This document shows, piece by piece, positions 25,198-28,607 of a DNA stretch of 28,607 nucleotides. The stretch's first letter is position 1. The number at the start of each line of letters is the position of its first letter. Source of the DNA: a virus (Duplodnaviria > Caudoviricetes); the IMG/VR virus record IMGVR_UViG_3300035049_000147, positions 1 to 28,607 of that record. One strand, 5' to 3'. The notes beneath the pieces were generated by a model. It did not search any database. It was not told where the DNA came from and saw nothing but the letters and a program-made list of their open reading frames with translations. The translations under genes and the position numbers were made by a program.

Positions 25198-25566
25198 ATG
25201 GCCGAAGATTGGACGGCTGAGCAGGTTGATATTTACAATGAATTCGTATCAGAAGGGTTTTCCATTACGGTACGAGTTGAAGGCTCACCAGGTGTTTGGA
25301 ATCCTGAAACGCTCAAATATACCGGTGCTACAGAGGCTACGGATTATGAAACTTACGGCCTGAAAAAGCGATACGGTATCAACCAGATTGACGGTACAAT
25401 TGTTCAAGTCAATGATACACGGCTTTTGATTCCGGCTTATGGCCTTCCAGCATTAACAACAAGTCATAAAATTTTGATTGGAAGCGTTGAGCAGAATGTT
25501 ATCAACGTTTTATCTGTTGAGCCCGGTAATGTTGCACTGTTTTATGAATTGCAGGTGAGATCGTGA
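25198..25566 (+). CDS. Head closure protein
   Basis: IDGTIVQVND..LL, V.PG....YELQVR; synteny. Confidence 0.7.
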   Translation: MAEDWTAEQVDIYNEFVSEGFSITVRVEGSPGVWNPETLKYTGATEATDYETYGLKKRYGINQIDGTIVQVNDTRLLIPAYGLPALTTSHKILIGSVEQNVINVLSVEPGNVALFYELQVRS

Positions 25567-26012
25567 CGGATATCACGAATAGTGCTGCCGAGTTTTCAAG
25601 ACAGATCAATCAACTGGTTGCTTACGTTGAAGATAATAGCGAACAGATCATCAAAAAAGCTTGTGTTGATCTGTATCGGCGCATTGTTGAACGAACTCCG
25701 GTTGATACCGGTAGAGCAAAGGCTTCATGGGGAATATCAACTGGTAGTGATGTTCCTGCTGTGTCTGCTGGAAAATTATCAGACAGCGAAATCGCAGAAA
25801 TCATTAATTCGCATGTTGGTGAGTTCCGGTTTGGCATTGATGATGATCAAATCACGATTATGAACAACCTTGAATATATCAGCTACTTGGAGGCTAAAGG
25901 TTCACAGCAAGCCCCTGTTGGCATGGTGGCCGTATCGTTAACAGAATTCAATGATCATTTCAGGAAAGCATTGGAATCGTTAACCGACAAAGATGGATTC
26001 GAATCGTTATGA
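25563..26012 (+). CDS. HK97 gp10-like neck protein
   Basis: TPVDTGRAKASW, NNLEYI..LE.KGSQQAP.GMV. Confidence 0.85.
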   Translation: MTDITNSAAEFSRQINQLVAYVEDNSEQIIKKACVDLYRRIVERTPVDTGRAKASWGISTGSDVPAVSAGKLSDSEIAEIINSHVGEFRFGIDDDQITIMNNLEYISYLEAKGSQQAPVGMVAVSLTEFNDHFRKALESLTDKDGFESL

Positions 26013-26410
26013 ATCAGTATGAGATTCAAAAAGCTGCAAATGATTATTTGTCAACGAACTGGAAAACGACATCAATCCGAATTGTTGGCAAAGATAACGC
26101 TCCGGCATTGCCCTTCATCGAATGCTATTACAAACCTGCGCAGACAACCGCTATTGAAATCAATGGATACGTTGAGCGTAAAGGCGTTTTCATGATCAAT
26201 ATCTATACACGGTTGAATGCCGGACTGGATGAAGGATGGACATACGCAGGCATGATGGAAGCCTTGTTTTTCCATAAAACAATCGGTAGTAATGTTTTGT
26301 GTGAAAACGACAATATAACCCCCTATTCTACACATGTCGGATTGGATATGGAAATTCAAGCTCAACACTTTCAAACAGTAATCCCTTATACTGTTATATC
26401 TGAGGAATAA
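26009..26410 (+). CDS. Tail terminator-like protein
   Basis: GVFMINIY...G, V.IPY; sits between neck and tail tube genes. Confidence 0.65.
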   Translation: MNQYEIQKAANDYLSTNWKTTSIRIVGKDNAPALPFIECYYKPAQTTAIEINGYVERKGVFMINIYTRLNAGLDEGWTYAGMMEALFFHKTIGSNVLCENDNITPYSTHVGLDMEIQAQHFQTVIPYTVISEE

Positions 26411-26413
26411 AAT

Positions 26414-27547
26414 ATGAGTAATACCGTAGCACGAGCAATAGAGCAGACTTGCTTCGTCTGCAAAGAAACGACAACCGGAACGCCAGTTTATCCGACCGAG
26501 GCCGCTGAGAAAATTATTGCCGCCGGGTATGTGGATATCAACCAGCAACCGACATATACTAATTCCGAAGAGATCAACAACTCTCTGGATTTACTGGAAC
26601 GTTTTCAAGACCAGGTGGGTGCCGGATCGTTTACGATTCCGACGTATTTCCGGCCATCCGGGACAGCGGGTACGGCACCTATGGCAAAAGTTCTTTTTGA
26701 ATCGCTGATGGGTGTTGAAACAACGGCGGCTGTCACCAGCGTAACGTATTCACAAGCCACGACAAAACCGTCCTTTACGTTATGGACAAAGAAGGGACAT
26801 ACTGTCTTTTTCGGTGCAGGGGCCTGCTGTGAAGCTGGAAAGATCAATTTTACCAACAAAGGCGGTGCAAAGGTTGATTTTTCTGGGGGGTTTATGCGGA
26901 TGGGATGGGCCGGAACGGATGCGGTGGATGGCGCTGTTGCCGAGTCAAACTCCGTTACCGTGACAGACGGGAAAAAGTTTACAGCAAACGCTTATGTCCA
27001 GATCGGGGACGACACAAATACCGGCGCGGGATACAAGATCAGCTCTGTCTCTGGCAACGTGCTTACAATGGCCGACTCTATTACATGCGACGACGCGGCT
27101 GTAATCAAGGGTTATCTGCCCGAATTTACATGTGTCGGCACACCCATGGAAAGCAAGGAAACCTCCATTACGCTGGATGCAGCAGCAACGAACTTGAAAA
27201 GTCTGTCATTGTATATCAATTCGCCGGTGGCCTGGCAGACGGATGAGATTACGACATCCGGTTATGTCGCCAGCTATGTTGAAGATCGGCGCAATATTAC
27301 AATGACGATTGATATGCTTTTCAGAGAAAACGATCTCGATCTTTTCTATGACGGCTTGAACGATACATCAACGGCGGTTGTTGCGACCATCGGCAGTACC
27401 GCCGGGAAGATTATCACCATCAATCTGCCTTATTCTGTATTGGAAGTTCCGAAAATCTCCACTTCCGCACCGACTGTTAGTCTGTCAGTAGCGGGGACGG
27501 CTCTTGGATCATCCGGTGAAGATTCTTGCTCCATCGCTTTTACATAA
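26414..27547 (+). CDS. Major tail tube protein
   Basis: KETTTGT, PSFTL, Thr-rich beta composition; precedes chaperone and tape measure; no sheath gene. Confidence 0.8.
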   Translation: MSNTVARAIEQTCFVCKETTTGTPVYPTEAAEKIIAAGYVDINQQPTYTNSEEINNSLDLLERFQDQVGAGSFTIPTYFRPSGTAGTAPMAKVLFESLMGVETTAAVTSVTYSQATTKPSFTLWTKKGHTVFFGAGACCEAGKINFTNKGGAKVDFSGGFMRMGWAGTDAVDGAVAESNSVTVTDGKKFTANAYVQIGDDTNTGAGYKISSVSGNVLTMADSITCDDAAVIKGYLPEFTCVGTPMESKETSITLDAAATNLKSLSLYINSPVAWQTDEITTSGYVASYVEDRRNITMTIDMLFRENDLDLFYDGLNDTSTAVVATIGSTAGKIITINLPYSVLEVPKISTSAPTVSLSVAGTALGSSGEDSCSIAFT

Positions 27548-27639
27548 CATTCTTGAGGACGAATAGGCGCGCGTGCTAAAAGCCATATTCCCGGTGGTTT
27601 TCGTCCTCATTTTTCGGGATAAAAAGGGAATCAATCAAT

Positions 27640-28011
27640 ATGAAAATCAGAACGCAGAAAACAACACACATTGTAACAATCCATAGAGGAACAGATCAGG
27701 CCACGTTTGAAGTTAATCCGATTGACCCTGCTGAAAACTCAAAGCTGCTGCGAAAATATACAACGCATAAACGTGTTAAAGGCCAAATGGTTGAGGACGT
27801 TGACTTTGTGGCCTATCGACTTCATAAAATTTGTAAAACGATTGTCGGATGGGATTTGAAAGATGAAAAGGATGCAGATTTCCCATGCAATGATGAAAAC
27901 AAAAAAACAGCCTTCCTGCTGAATGCTGACCTGATCAATGAGGTTATGGAAAAAGCGGATGAGATCGCGGAAGGTAAAATTCTGGATGAGGAAGAAAAAG
28001 CAAAAAACTAA
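27640..28011 (+). CDS. Tail assembly chaperone (G-like)
   Basis: IVGWDL.D....PCNDENK; ends in slippery A AAA AAC TAA. Confidence 0.85.
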   Translation: MKIRTQKTTHIVTIHRGTDQATFEVNPIDPAENSKLLRKYTTHKRVKGQMVEDVDFVAYRLHKICKTIVGWDLKDEKDADFPCNDENKKTAFLLNADLINEVMEKADEIAEGKILDEEEKAKN

Positions 28012-28355
28012 TAAAATGGGTTTCATGGGAGTATGAATCCGGGGGAGTATCGTGCGAAGAATGTTCTGAAACATGGAACGGTACGCCTCCTTGTGATACA
28101 TGTACAAAGCCGCTGAAACTCTATACATCTAATGAATTGGCGTTAAAAATCTGGAATGTTTGCAATGGGTTCTCTCGTCCAGTTGCAGGAATGGGCGGGA
28201 TTCTAAAATTGCCGATCTCAGAAATTAAAACAACATGCGAAATTTACGAGGCTGACCGTTCCGATTTTGAAAAAGTTTTACTCATTGAAAATACAGTATA
28301 TCCCTATATAGTAGAACGCAACAAAACGAAACACGAATCCAACCGTAAAAAATGA
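28008..28355 (+). CDS. Tail assembly chaperone extension (T-like), reached by -1 frameshift
   Basis: The -1 frame is open from the slippery site 28002-28008: LIKWVSWEY...CEEC...CDTC...NELALKIW... Confidence 0.8.
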   Translation, partial: LIKWVSWEYESGGVSCEECSETWNGTPPCDTCTKPLKLYTSNELALKIWNVCNGFSRPVAGMGGILKLPISEIKTTCEIYEADRSDFEKVLLIENTVYPYIVERNKTKHESNRKK

Positions 28356-28367
28356 GGACTCCTGATC

Positions 28368-28607
28368 ATGCCCGGATTGCGAATATCTATCAGCACAGAC
28401 GAAGCACAGCGAGCAGTAACGCAATTGCAGAAAGATTTGGGAGTCCTTGGATCTTCCGCACTTGAAAATGAGCAGGAGTTCAAAAAGCTCGAATCCCGCC
28501 TTAAATCAGGAATGCAGGCCGACAAGGCCAAAACTGCTATCGATAATCTCAAAAAATCTATCAATTTGACACGGCTGGAAACCGCCAAATTGCAAACCAG
28601 TATTGGA
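28368..28607 (+). CDS. Tape measure protein, N-terminus (truncated by window)
   Basis: RBS GAGGA; MPGLRISISTDEAQRAVTQLQKDL..., helical; follows the chaperones. Confidence 0.75.
   Translation, partial: MPGLRISISTDEAQRAVTQLQKDLGVLGSSALENEQEFKKLESRLKSGMQADKAKTAIDNLKKSINLTRLETAKLQTSIG

Overview
Fragment of a tailed dsDNA phage or prophage with a siphovirus-type gene set, organised as two divergent arms around a control region at about 16.33-16.54 kb. The left arm (minus strand) carries an SNF2/HARP-type helicase, a sigma70-like factor, primase, two HTH replication proteins with an internal iteron origin, a DnaC-like loader, a DnaB-like helicase, queD/queE, a ThyX-like protein, ATP-dependent ligase, NrdG-like activase, dCTP deaminase and a lysozyme. 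The right arm (plus strand) carries terminase, portal, head, neck and tail genes up to the start of the tape measure. No integrase, repressor, tRNA or CRISPR array was seen. The most unusual signals are: (1) a 609-bp promoter+RBS+endonuclease cassette, bounded by ATTGAT repeats, inserted in the SNF2 helicase gene in a different frame that leaves the helicase frame open, with no intein or intron signs; (2) a 184-bp integron-type cassette with a canonical attC that has no convincing ORF but folds into a multi-stem RNA, with a second degenerate attC nearby; (3) single premature stops at conserved Gln/Trp positions; (4) several RNA leaders and TATAAT-based palindromes at promoters. All protein assignments come from motif recognition by eye, not from database searches.
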